A DNA stretch of 62,791 nt, the filler included, from Thermodesulfobacteriota bacterium (lineage in GTDB: Bacteria > DASVDK01): NCBI GenBank assembly GCA_036381125.1. It is 5 parts of 5 records of this genome, joined end to end, with 100 filler letters (N's around TTAATTAATTAA, not from the genome) between each part and the next. Parts side by side here need not be neighbours in the genome. Positions count along the whole stretch, not along the records: positions 31,963 to 43,796 come from DASVDK010000089.1; 4 more parts are not named here. One strand, written 5' to 3'. Positions 32,293 through 41,347 of the stretch are shown here, in pieces (positions within the stretch are counted from its first letter, which is position 1; the number at the start of each line of letters is the position of its first letter). The position numbers and the translations under genes are program-made. The notes under the pieces are model-generated. The model was not told the origin of the DNA. It saw only the letters and a program-made list of their open reading frames with translations, and did no database searches.

Positions 32293-33465
32293 TCAGTCGC
32301 CCGGCGTCCAGCGGCCCCGCCGCCACACCGTGACCAGCGCCAGCCCGACGGCGAACGCGAGCGCGGCGTTCACGGCGAGGCCGAGCGCCGCGACGAGCGC
32401 CAGCACGAAGGCCTCGGCCCCGCGGAACCGCTCGGCGCGCGCCGAGCGGGCCAGCTCCCCTCCCCCGAAGAGGAGCAGGGCGCCGACGACGCTCTCGGGC
32501 ACGAGCCGCATCACCGCCACGGCGCCGTCGCCGAGCCCGATCCCGAGGACGAGGAACACCAGGCCGATCAGGACGAGCGCCGTCCCGCTGCGGCTGCCGA
32601 ACCGGTAGTGCGCGGCGAGCCCCCCGGCGCCGTGGCACATCGGGTAGCCGCCGAGCGGCGCGGCCAGGAGGTTCGCGATGCCGGTGGAGAGGGCCAGGTT
32701 GCGCACGGTGGCGCGCCGCGGCTCGTCGGGAAAGAGTCGCCGCGCGAGGGCCGACGTGACGATCACCGCGTTCGTGAGCGTCAGCGGGATCTGCGGGAGG
32801 GCCGCCAGCTCCACGCCGCGCAGGAGGTCGGCCCACCCGGGCCAGACCACCGGAGGCACGTGGAACCCCCAGGACACCTCCGGCCACGCGATCCCCGCCC
32901 CGAGGACCGACTCCCCCGCGAGGCCGACCGCAAGGCCGACGACGGCGGCCGGCAGGCGGCGGCTGCGCAGCGTGGCGAGCATCGACAGCGCGACCAGCGC
33001 CCCGAGGAGCGGCTCCCGGCGGGCGAGGTCGAGGCCGAGCAGCGCGAGGGCGAGACCGAGCCCGAGCTGCACGCCGGCGGTCAGCACGGCCGGGATCCGT
33101 CTGGCGAGCCAGTCGACGAGCCCCGACGAGCCGGACGCGACGAAGAACAGCCCGATGGCGAGACCGGCGCCGGCCACCTCGGCCGGCGAGAGGTGCTCGA
33201 TCAGCACCGCCGCCGAGGCGGCCTTCATCGGCTGCACGGCGATCGGGATGCCGTAGCGCAGGCCGGTGACGATGGAGAAGGCGCCGAAGCCGGCCAGCAC
33301 GCCGGCCGGCGCCATGCCGACGACGGTGACCACGCCGAGCACGTGCGGCAGGAAGGTCCCCAGGTCGCCCAGCGCGCCGGACAGCTCGGCCGGGCTCGCG
33401 AGCAGCCGCGGCCTCACCGCCGCCGGCGCGCCGGCGGCCGCGGGCGAGGTGATTTCGTCGCTCAC
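32293..33465 (-). CDS. Putative molybdate/sulfate transporter, MOT1 family
   Basis: ELSGALGDLGT, VQPMKA, PQIPLTLTNA, PMCHGAGGLAAHYRFG; SD GAGG before GTG 33465. Confidence 0.88.
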   Translation of the reverse strand: MSDEITSPAAAGAPAAVRPRLLASPAELSGALGDLGTFLPHVLGVVTVVGMAPAGVLAGFGAFSIVTGLRYGIPIAVQPMKAASAAVLIEHLSPAEVAGAGLAIGLFFVASGSSGLVDWLARRIPAVLTAGVQLGLGLALALLGLDLARREPLLGALVALSMLATLRSRRLPAAVVGLAVGLAGESVLGAGIAWPEVSWGFHVPPVVWPGWADLLRGVELAALPQIPLTLTNAVIVTSALARRLFPDEPRRATVRNLALSTGIANLLAAPLGGYPMCHGAGGLAAHYRFGSRSGTALVLIGLVFLVLGIGLGDGAVAVMRLVPESVVGALLLFGGGELARSARAERFRGAEAFVLALVAALGLAVNAALAFAVGLALVTVWRRGRWTPGD

Positions 33466-33531
33466 GTGACCCCCTCCTCGGTCGAACAGTAGCAAGACTG
33501 CGCGCGCGCTAGAGTACGTCCGGGAGCCCGT

Positions 33532-36500
33532 ATGGGAGCGGACCGGAACACCCCCGCGCGCCGTGGGTGGCGGCTCTGGCTGCTGCTCCTGGCCGCCTTC
33601 ATGAGCCTCGCCGCGGTGGTCACGATCGCGGCCGTGGCGCACGTGCAGCGGGCCTACCGGACGGCCGAACGGGCCGCGCTCGACAGCCAGGCGGCTGCGG
33701 CCGTCGGGCTCGCCCATGGCGTGGCCGCGTCGGTGACGCACTACGTGCGGGTCGCGGAGGTCGGCGCGCAGGCGATCCTCGGGGGGCGGCTGCCGCCCGC
33801 GGATCGCCGCGCGCTCCTCGCCAGCATCCGCGCCGCGCACCCCGAGGTCAACGGCGTTGCCCTGATCGATCCGCGCGGCCGCGTGATCGACGGCGACCCG
33901 GTCGCCGCGATCGGCGTCGACGTCTCGGCGGAGCCGGCCGTGCGGGCGCTCCTCGCGGGCCAGGACGTCGTCGTCAGCGACCTCACCCGCGGCCGCCGCG
34001 CGGACACTCCGTTCTTCGGCGTGGCGGTCGCCCATCGCGACGAGCAGGGGCGGCTCCTCGGCGCGGTCGCCATCGGCGTGCCGGCGGCTCGGCTGGCCGA
34101 CGAGCTGCGCGTGAGGCTCGGCGGGGGCGCCTACCCCATGCTGGTCGACCGGGTCGGCCGGTTGATGGTGTACGGCGGCTCGACCGACCTCACCTGGGAG
34201 CAGCGCGACTTCGCGGCCGTGCCGATCGTCGCCGAGGCGAAGCGGGGCGGCCAGGTCCGGGCGGCTCGCGTCCTCGATACGCTGGCGGGCGAGGAGCGGC
34301 TGGCCGCCATGACCTCGGTCCCCGGGATCGGCTGGTACGTGGCCGTCCTCCAGTCACCTCGCCTGGCGCTCGCCCCGGCGTACCGGGAGCGCCGGGCGGC
34401 CGTCTGGACGGCGGTGGCCGCCTGCTCCCTGGCCGTCGGTCTCGCGCTGGCCCTCAGCGCCTTCCTGGCACGCCCGCTCATCGGGCTGTCGGCCGGCCTC
34501 GCCGCGATCCGGCGCGGAGACCTGCGGCATCGAACGAGGGTCCGCGGACCGGAAGGGCTCGTCTCGCTCGCCGCCGACCTGAACGACCTCGCCGCCCAGT
34601 TGCAGGCCAAGGAGGCGGCGCTCGCCGAGAGCCGCTCCCGCTTCGACGCCTTCATGACCCACAGCCCCATCCGCGCCTACATCAAGGACGCGCAGGGCCG
34701 CTACGTCTACGTGAACCGCGTGGCCGAGCGGGAGTCGCGCCGGCCGGCGGCCGAGTGGCTCGGCAAGACGGACGCCGACCTCTTCCCGGCGGACGTGGCC
34801 GAGAGCCTCGAGCGGACCGACCGGCAGGTCATGGAGATCGGCGGCCCGGTCAAGGTGATCGAGCGGATCCCCGATCCGCTCGGCCCCCGCGAGCTCCTCT
34901 CGGCGAAGTTCCGCCTCGCCGACTCGACGGGGCAGCTCTTCGTCGGCGGCCTCTCGATCGACGTGACCGAGCAGCGCCGCGCCGAGGCCGCGCTGGCGGC
35001 GCGCGAGGCCTTCCTGCAGGCCATCATCGACCGGACCCCGGCGCTCGTCTTCGTGAAGGACCTCGAGGGCCGCTACCTGCTCGCCAACCGCCGGTTCCTC
35101 GCCGTGCACGGGTTCAGCGAGCCGGCGCAGGTCCTCGGCAGGCGCGACGCCGACATCCATGCGCCAGACCTCGCGGCGCTCTACCACGCGCACGATCTGC
35201 GGGTGATCGAGGTCGGCGGCCCCGTCGAGTTCGAGGAGCCGGTGGCGCAGGACGACGGCCTCCACACGTACATGTCGACCAAGTTCCCCCTCTACGACGA
35301 GCGCGGTGCCGCCTACGCCGTGTGCGGGATCGAGACCGACATCACCGAGCGGACCCGCACGGAGGCGGCGCTCCGGCTGCTCGATCGCACGTCGGCGGCC
35401 CTCGGCTCCTCGCTCGACTACGAGACGACGCTCGCGCTCGTCGCGCGGCTCGCCGTGCCGGACCTGGCGGACTGGTGCGTCATCGACCTCGTCGAGCCCG
35501 ACGGCCGCTTCCGGGCGGTCGCCATGATGCACCGGGAGCCGGAGAAGGCGACCTGGCTGCGGCAGCTCGCCGACCACCCGCCCGCCCCGGAGGGCGCCTA
35601 CCCGGCGGCTCACGTGATCCGCACCGGCCGGCCCGAGCTGCTCCCGGTCGTCCCGGACGGATGGATCGAGACCGTGAGCGGCTGCGTCGAGCACCGGCAC
35701 ATCCTCGAGACCGTCGGCGTCCGCTCGTTCCTCTGCGTGCCGCTCGTGGCGAGGGGGCGCGCGCTCGGCGCCCTGTCGCTCGTGACCAGCGAATCGGAGC
35801 GGCGCTACGCGGAGACCGACCTGCCGGTGGCCGCGGAGCTGGGCCGGCGCGCGGCGCTCGCGGTGGACAACGCCCGCCTCTACCGCGAGGCCCAGGAGGC
35901 GCTCAGGGCGCGCGACGCGTTCCTCGCGCGCGCCTCGCACGAGCTGCGCACCCCGCTCACCTCGGCGCTCGGCACCATCCGGCTGCTGCGCCGCGCCATG
36001 ACCGGCGCGCTGAGGGAATCGCCCGACGCCCTCCTCGACATCGCGACGCGCAACCTCCAGACGATGGCCGCGCTCGTCGACGACCTCCTCGACGCGTCGA
36101 AGCTTGCCGCCCACGGCGAGACGATCGCTCGTGAGCCGGTCGATCTCCGCGCGCTCGTCCGCGACAGCCTGGCGGTGTTCGGCGCCCACGCGCGCGAGCG
36201 GGGCGTCACCCTCGAGTCCGCCCTGCCGGAAGGCTGCTTCGCGGCCGGCGACCGGCTCAAGCTCGAGCAGCTCGTGGCCAACCTGGTGTCGAACGCCATC
36301 AAGTTCACGCCGTCGGGGGGGACGGTCGTCGTGGAGGGGCACGCCTCGGGCGACCAGGTCGAGCTGCGGGTCCGGGACACCGGCGAGGGGATTCCCCGGG
36401 ACTACCTCGAGCGCATCTTCGAGCCGTTCTTCCGGGTCCCGCGACCGGCCGGCCGCGGGCCTCGGGGCACCGGCCTCGGCCTCGCGATATGCCGCCAGGT

Positions 36501-36618
36501 CGCGGCGCTGCACGGCGGCACCATCAGCGCGCAGAGCGAGGGCCCGGGCTGCGGCAGCACGTTCGTCGTGCGGCTGCCGTGCGCCTCCGTCCAGGAACGC
36601 GCTCAACCGGCAGCCTAG
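33532..36618 (+). CDS. Sensor histidine kinase (Cache-HAMP-PAS-PAS-GAF-HisKA-HATPase)
   Basis: Two TM helices flanking a Cache-like domain; two PAS repeats (YIKDAQGRY, FVKDLEGRY); GAF; ASHELRTPL; NLVSNAIKF; GTGLGL. Confidence 0.93.
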   Translation: MGADRNTPARRGWRLWLLLLAAFMSLAAVVTIAAVAHVQRAYRTAERAALDSQAAAAVGLAHGVAASVTHYVRVAEVGAQAILGGRLPPADRRALLASIRAAHPEVNGVALIDPRGRVIDGDPVAAIGVDVSAEPAVRALLAGQDVVVSDLTRGRRADTPFFGVAVAHRDEQGRLLGAVAIGVPAARLADELRVRLGGGAYPMLVDRVGRLMVYGGSTDLTWEQRDFAAVPIVAEAKRGGQVRAARVLDTLAGEERLAAMTSVPGIGWYVAVLQSPRLALAPAYRERRAAVWTAVAACSLAVGLALALSAFLARPLIGLSAGLAAIRRGDLRHRTRVRGPEGLVSLAADLNDLAAQLQAKEAALAESRSRFDAFMTHSPIRAYIKDAQGRYVYVNRVAERESRRPAAEWLGKTDADLFPADVAESLERTDRQVMEIGGPVKVIERIPDPLGPRELLSAKFRLADSTGQLFVGGLSIDVTEQRRAEAALAAREAFLQAIIDRTPALVFVKDLEGRYLLANRRFLAVHGFSEPAQVLGRRDADIHAPDLAALYHAHDLRVIEVGGPVEFEEPVAQDDGLHTYMSTKFPLYDERGAAYAVCGIETDITERTRTEAALRLLDRTSAALGSSLDYETTLALVARLAVPDLADWCVIDLVEPDGRFRAVAMMHREPEKATWLRQLADHPPAPEGAYPAAHVIRTGRPELLPVVPDGWIETVSGCVEHRHILETVGVRSFLCVPLVARGRALGALSLVTSESERRYAETDLPVAAELGRRAALAVDNARLYREAQEALRARDAFLARASHELRTPLTSALGTIRLLRRAMTGALRESPDALLDIATRNLQTMAALVDDLLDASKLAAHGETIAREPVDLRALVRDSLAVFGAHARERGVTLESALPEGCFAAGDRLKLEQLVANLVSNAIKFTPSGGTVVVEGHASGDQVELRVRDTGEGIPRDYLERIFEPFFRVPRPAGRGPRGTGLGLAICRQVAALHGGTISAQSEGPGCGSTFVVRLPCASVQERAQPAA

Positions 36619-36729
36619 GGCCGTGTTCGTCAAGCCTCGCGGCAATGCTCCGGCAGGGGTCCACCGCCGCGCCACGTAGTCAGGTATCTGGACCACCCCG
36701 GTCGGCGGGACCCGTCTTCGCCGCTCTGG

Positions 36730-36810
36730 CGAGTGGGGTCAGAGCCCGACGTTTGCCTGCCTGGAAAATGGAAAGACCTGACCCCATGGAAAATGGAAAG
36801 ACCTGACCCC
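36730..36810 (-). repeat. 81-bp REPIN/MITE-like element, copy 1
   Basis: Reverse complement matches 52441-52521 at 76/81 nt by manual alignment; tandem 25-bp units TGGGGTCAGGTCTTTCCATTTTCCA plus inverted CTGACCCCA. Confidence 0.9.
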
Positions 36811-36817
36811 CACGGGG

Positions 36818-37360
36818 TCAGTTGCGCTCGACCGAGATGCGGATCTCCGTGCCGTCGCCCTGCCGGCCGAGGCGGACCCGGCCCTCGTCGCGGCCCTCGC
36901 CGTTGCCTCGCTCGATCCGGTACGTGATCCCATCGCGCCGAGCGTCGCGGGCCTCGATGCGCCAGCCCGCTTCGGGAAGCGCGTGGTCGTAGAAGCCGCG
37001 GACCTCGACGAGCGGCGCGTCCGAGGCGTACGTGGCCTCCCACTCCTCTCCCTCGAGGTCCAGGCGGACCGGCCGGCTGCCCGGGAAGACCGGCACGCCG
37101 GCGAAGGGCTGGACGGTCGGCGTCGGCTCGGGCGTGGGCGTGGGGGTCGGCGTCGGCGTGGGCGTGGGCGTGGGAGTGGGCGTCGGGGTCGGCGTGGGCG
37201 TCGGCCCCGGCGTCGGGGTCGCCGTCGGACCGGGCGTCGCCCCGGGCGGCTCGGGCACGTCGGGGCCCGAAGCGGGCAGCGGGTCGCCCCCGCCGCACGC
37301 GGCGACCGCCACGGCGAGACCGAGCGCGACGACCGCCCGACGAGCGAGAACCGGCGTCAT
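36818..37360 (-). CDS. Hypothetical lipoprotein with (PT)n linker
   Basis: Signal peptide with lipobox VAAC; long PTPTPT run; small C-terminal globular domain. Confidence 0.8.
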   Translation of the reverse strand: MTPVLARRAVVALGLAVAVAACGGGDPLPASGPDVPEPPGATPGPTATPTPGPTPTPTPTPTPTPTPTPTPTPTPTPEPTPTVQPFAGVPVFPGSRPVRLDLEGEEWEATYASDAPLVEVRGFYDHALPEAGWRIEARDARRDGITYRIERGNGEGRDEGRVRLGRQGDGTEIRISVERN

Positions 37361-37374
37361 CCCCGCATCGGCAG

Positions 37375-37389
37375 GCAAGCGCCATGCCA
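37375..37389 (-). promoter_or_regulatory. Putative sigma54 -24/-12 promoter
   Basis: TGGCATGGCGCTTGC (GG-N10-GC) just upstream of the lipoprotein start. Confidence 0.6.
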
Positions 37390-37433
37390 CTCGGGCACGG
37401 ATCGCAGCGCCGCCGGCCGGGGGGCCGCCGGCG

Positions 37434-38573
37434 TCAGCGGTCGACGTCCAGACCGAGCGCGAGCCGTCCCGTGAAGCGGCGCTGCGGGATCGTCTGGAGC
37501 GGGTGGTAGCGCGCGCCCTGCACGTCCCGGTAGAGCCGCTCGAGCCCGGCGTCGCGGAGGAACGCGCGGCCGCCGGCCGCCTCCATCGCCTTCTCGACCG
37601 TGTGGATCGCCCCCTCGGCGACGAGCGTCCGGCGAATGGAGACGGCGCTGGTCGTCTCGGGCGAGGGCTCCGCCGTGCCGGCGATCTCCACCAGGCTCGC
37701 CTGGGCGAGGCGCGCGGCCGTGAGCGCGGTCTCCATCTCGCCCACGAGGATCGCCACGTCCGGGTCTCCCCGCCGCTTCGCGGCGTGCGCGACGCCGAGG
37801 TCGCGCGCCGCCTCGGCGATGCCGAGGTAGACGGCGTAGATCAGCGGGAGCGCGACCATGGCGACGAGGTGCATGAACGGGCTCCATCGCCCGGCCGGCC
37901 GCCGCGCCGAGACGGCGGCCGCCGGCACGAACACGCCGTCGAGCGCCACCTCGTGCGACCCGGTGCCGCGCATCCCGAGGGCGCGCCAGGTCTCGAGCAC
38001 CCGGACCCCCGGTGAATCGATCGGCACGCCGAGGTGCAGGACGGTCGCCTCGCCGCCCGGCTCGTCGAGCACCGCGGTGGTGAGGAGGAGCTGGCCGGCC
38101 GGCGCGCCGCTCACGAAGGCCTTCCGGCCGCTCACCCGGAAGCCGCCCGCCACCGGCTCGGCGCGGCCCGAGCCGGCGAGCCAGTCGTTGCCCCCACTGG
38201 TCACGAGCACGGTCTGCGCCTCGGCCACCCGCCGGAGCAGCCCCTCGACCGTGCGGTCCTGCCGCCGCCAGCGCCACGCCGCCGCGGCGACGAGGTGCGT
38301 GTGCATCGCGAGGGCGAGCGCCGTGGAGCTGCACGAGCGCGCGAGCATCCGCAGCATCTCGGCCAGCTCCGCCCCCGAGGCCCCGCCGCCCCCCAGCTCC
38401 GCCGGCACCCCGGCCGCGAAGACGCGGTGGGCCCTGAGGTCTTCGTAGTTCCGCTCGACGAAGCGGTCCTCGGCGTCGTGGGCGGCCGCACGCTCGGCGA
38501 AGCGGCGGCCGAGCGCGCCGGCGATCGCCGCCCAGTCGAGCGCCGGTGCCGCGAGTGTGGTCGTCTCCCGCAT
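37434..38573 (-). CDS. Acyl-CoA dehydrogenase family protein
   Basis: PAELGGGG, GRKAFVSG, WRALGMRGTGSH, LERLYRD. Confidence 0.9.
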   Translation of the reverse strand: MRETTTLAAPALDWAAIAGALGRRFAERAAAHDAEDRFVERNYEDLRAHRVFAAGVPAELGGGGASGAELAEMLRMLARSCSSTALALAMHTHLVAAAAWRWRRQDRTVEGLLRRVAEAQTVLVTSGGNDWLAGSGRAEPVAGGFRVSGRKAFVSGAPAGQLLLTTAVLDEPGGEATVLHLGVPIDSPGVRVLETWRALGMRGTGSHEVALDGVFVPAAAVSARRPAGRWSPFMHLVAMVALPLIYAVYLGIAEAARDLGVAHAAKRRGDPDVAILVGEMETALTAARLAQASLVEIAGTAEPSPETTSAVSIRRTLVAEGAIHTVEKAMEAAGGRAFLRDAGLERLYRDVQGARYHPLQTIPQRRFTGRLALGLDVDR

Positions 38574-38649
38574 GGCTTCGAGCCTCCTGTCGGGTCCATG
38601 CGGGCAGGATGCGCCCCCGCTCCTCCGCCGCCAAGGACGAAATCTGGAC

Positions 38650-38679
38650 TTGCCCGGGCTGCGGCCGCGGGCCTATAGT
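38650..38679 (+). promoter_or_regulatory. Putative sigma70 promoter of the HxlR gene (leaderless)
   Basis: TTGCCC-N18-TATAGT with ATG 8 nt downstream and no SD. Confidence 0.6.
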
Positions 38680-38687
38680 GCCGGCAT

Positions 38688-39401
38688 ATGCGCGGGTACG
38701 GTCAGTTCTGCCCGGTCGCGGCGGCGGCCGCGATCGTCGCCGAGCGGTGGACGCCGCTGGTGGTGCGCGAGCTGCTCTGCGGCAGCCGGCGCTTCAACGA
38801 CATCCACCGCGGCGTGCCGCTCATGTCGCGCACGCTCCTGGCGACGCGCCTCGCCGAGCTCGAGGAGGCCGGCGTGATCCGGCGCGAGGTGGGGCCCGAC
38901 GGGCGCGGCACGTACCGGCTCACCGAGCAGGGGGAGGCGCTCCGGCCGGTCGTCGAGGCGCTCGGCGAGTGGGGGCTCCGCTTCTCGCAGCCCACCGTGC
39001 AGGAGGACAGTCTCGACGCCGCGCTGCTCATGTGGGACCTGCGCCGCAAGATCCGCGTGCAGGTCTCCCCGCCGCGCCGCGTGGTGATCCACTTCGAGCT
39101 CGAGGGGGTGCGGCCGCGCGACCGGCGCCGCACGCGCTGGTGGGTGATCGCGAGGCCGGACGACGAGGTGGACCTCTGCCTCAAGGACCCCGGCTTCGAG
39201 GTCGACCTCGTGGTCGTCGCCGACCTGGCCGCGCTCACGCGGCTCTGGCTCTGGCGCCTCGGGTGGCGCGAGGCGGTGCGCGCGGGGTCGGTGCGGGTCG
39301 AGGGGGCGCGCGCGCTCGTCCACGCGCTGCCGAGCTGGCTGCCGGTCCCTCTCGTCACGCCGGCCGAGCCGCCGCGCTTCGTGGTCGCGGCGGCCCGATG
39401 A
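38688..39401 (+). CDS. HxlR-family winged-helix regulator with SCP2-like C-terminus
   Basis: YGQFCPVA, ERWTPLVVREL, RRFND, YRLT, LCLKDPGFEVDL. Confidence 0.9.
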   Translation: MRGYGQFCPVAAAAAIVAERWTPLVVRELLCGSRRFNDIHRGVPLMSRTLLATRLAELEEAGVIRREVGPDGRGTYRLTEQGEALRPVVEALGEWGLRFSQPTVQEDSLDAALLMWDLRRKIRVQVSPPRRVVIHFELEGVRPRDRRRTRWWVIARPDDEVDLCLKDPGFEVDLVVVADLAALTRLWLWRLGWREAVRAGSVRVEGARALVHALPSWLPVPLVTPAEPPRFVVAAAR

Positions 39402-39429
39402 CCATGGGGTCAGGTCTTTCCGTTTTCCA
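39402..39429 (+). repeat. Single unit of the GGGGTCAGGTCTTTCC repeat family
   Basis: CCATGGGGTCAGGTCTTTCCGTTTTCCA; one mismatch to the 25-bp unit. Confidence 0.85.
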
Positions 39430-39459
39430 CGCCCCTCGGCCCGGCCCGCGTGGCGCCGC

Positions 39460-39483
39460 CCAACTCGGTCCGGACCGAGCTGG
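39460..39483. repeat. 24-bp palindromic repeat, copy 2
   Basis: CCAACTCGGTCCGGACCGAGCTGG, the exact reverse complement of 1268-1291. Confidence 0.85.
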
Positions 39484-39611
39484 ACCTCGGCCGGTTGCCC
39501 GCCGTAGCCCGCAGGGAGGCCGGTCCGGCATCGCGGCCGTCACTGGACGCGGGGGCCGGGCTCCTGCCGCGCCGAGAGGAGCCGTCGCGCTCCTCGGCAG
39601 CGCCATGGGCT

Positions 39612-40535
39612 CTAGGCGGGCTGCGTCTTCCAGCGGGGGTGCCACCAGACCCACTGGGTGGGATGGCGGCGGACGGCGGCCTCGATGCGCCGCGTGGCCT
39701 CGACCAGGATGGCGCGCGCGGCGGCCGCCTTCGCCTCGCCGGTGAGGCCGCGCGGGACCTCGGGGAGGATCGGCTCCACGTGCACGTCGTACCGGCCGTC
39801 CTCCGCGCGGACGCAGAAGGCGGTGAAGACCGGCGCGCCGGTGGCAAGGTGGAGCACGCCGGGGGCCCGGGTCGTGAAGGCGGGCCGGCCGAAGAAGGGG
39901 ACGAACTCGCCGTCGACGTCGGTGTCCTGATCGATCAGGAGCCCCAGCGTGTAGCCCTCGCGCAGGGCCCGCAGGAGGGGGCGCGCGCCCTCGTCGCGCG
40001 TGATCGTCCCGACCCCCGACGCCGCCCGCATCGCCACCACCATCTCGTGGATCCGCTCGTCCCTGAGCCGCTTCGCGATCGCCTTGCACGGCATGCCGCG
40101 GCGCGCGAGGCAGGCGACGAGCAGCTCCCAGTGGCCCAGGTGGGCCGTGATCCCGAGCGCGCCCTGGCCGCGGCGCCGCACCGTCTCGAGGACGCCGGTC
40201 GGGTCGTGGAAGCGCACCCGCTCGGCCATCTCGGCCGACGTCATGGCGGGCAGCCGGGCCGCGTCGACGAAGACCCGCCCGAAGTGCCGGAAGGTGTCGC
40301 GGGCGATCGCGTCCCGCTCGGCCTCCGTCCGGTCCGGGAAGGCGATGGCGAGGTGCGCGGCCATCCGCGCCCGGTCGCGCGGCAGCAGGCGATAGGCCGC
40401 GCCGGCCAGGCGGTCGGTGGCGGCATAGGCGAGGCGAGGCGGCACGCGCGCCAGGACGGCCGCGCCGCCGGCCAGAAATGGATAGAGGACCCGTCGACGG
40501 AGCGACCGCGGGAGGGGCAACGAGCGCCTGGCCAT
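39612..40535 (-). CDS. Lipid A biosynthesis acyltransferase (LpxL/HtrB family)
   Basis: TAHLGHWE, LIDQD, VPFFGRPA, PTQWVWWHPRWK. Confidence 0.9.
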   Translation of the reverse strand: MARRSLPLPRSLRRRVLYPFLAGGAAVLARVPPRLAYAATDRLAGAAYRLLPRDRARMAAHLAIAFPDRTEAERDAIARDTFRHFGRVFVDAARLPAMTSAEMAERVRFHDPTGVLETVRRRGQGALGITAHLGHWELLVACLARRGMPCKAIAKRLRDERIHEMVVAMRAASGVGTITRDEGARPLLRALREGYTLGLLIDQDTDVDGEFVPFFGRPAFTTRAPGVLHLATGAPVFTAFCVRAEDGRYDVHVEPILPEVPRGLTGEAKAAAARAILVEATRRIEAAVRRHPTQWVWWHPRWKTQPA

Positions 40536-40617
40536 GATGCTCTCTACGTCACGCCTGCCGGCGGGTCAAGGGGAAAGCACGGCCGGCGCTGGCCCCGAAG
40601 CCGCATGCGCCCTCCGC

Positions 40618-41292
40618 GTGCCGGCTCCCCCGAAGCGCCCGTTCGACCTCGACGCGATGTTCGCCCGGCTGCGTGCGGCCGTGCGCGGCCTCCCCGACGC
40701 CGCCATGTTCGCCCTCCGGGACCGCGGCCACGGGTCGGTCTTCGCCCAGGTCGCGGGCTGCCTCGTCTCCATCCGGACGCGCGACGAGGTCAGCCTCCCG
40801 GCGGCGCTGCGCCTGCTCGACGCGGCCCCCACGCCGGAGGCGGTGCGGCGGCTCGGGGTCGAGGGGATCGACGCCCTGATCCGCCCGTGCACCTTCCACG
40901 AGGCGAAGGCGCGCCAGATCCACGCGATCGCCGAGCGCGCCGTGCGCGAGCACGGCGGCGCCCTCCCCTGCGACGGCGACCTGCTCCGCTCGCTCCCCGG
41001 CGTCGGGCCGAAATGCGCCAACCTGGCGCTCGGCGTTGCCTGCGGCGAGGCGCGCATCGCCGTCGACATCCACGTGCACCGGGTGACCAACCGGTGGGGG
41101 CTCGTGGCGACTCCCACGCCCGTCCGGACCATGGCCGCGCTCGAGCAGGTGCTGCCTCGGCGCTACTGGATCGAGATCAACCGGCTCCTCGTCCCCTTCG
41201 GCAAGCACGTCTGCACCGGGGTCCGGCCGCGCTGCTCCACCTGCCCGGTGCTCGAGTGGTGCCGGCAGGTGGGCGTCACCTCGCGCCGCTGA
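40618..41292 (+). CDS. nth: Endonuclease III
   Basis: Hh[19 protein letters not shown], Fe-S motif [17 protein letters not shown]. Start uncertain. Confidence 0.9.
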   Translation: MPAPPKRPFDLDAMFARLRAAVRGLPDAAMFALRDRGHGSVFAQVAGCLVSIRTRDEVSLPAALRLLDAAPTPEAVRRLGVEGIDALIRPCTFHEAKARQIHAIAERAVREHGGALPCDGDLLRSLPGVGPKCANLALGVACGEARIAVDIHVHRVTNRWGLVATPTPVRTMAALEQVLPRRYWIEINRLLVPFGKHVCTGVRPRCSTCPVLEWCRQVGVTSRR

Positions 41293-41311
41293 CCGGAGCG
41301 ATCGCCGGGCC

Positions 41312-41341
41312 TTGCCGACCCGACCGGTCGGCGTGTACCGT
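41312..41341 (+). promoter_or_regulatory. Putative sigma70 promoter of the cls-like gene (leaderless)
   Basis: TTGCCG-N18-TACCGT with in-frame GTG 41348 6 nt downstream. Confidence 0.45.
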
Positions 41342-41347
41342 GGCGCC

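Noticed and set aside
36615-36640. CTAG-GGCCGTGTTCG resembling an IS5-type end
   Set aside because: I found no partner inverted repeat or transposase; too short to support.
37117-37230. GT-rich hexamer tandem repeat
   Set aside because: It encodes the (PT)n linker of the minus-strand lipoprotein.
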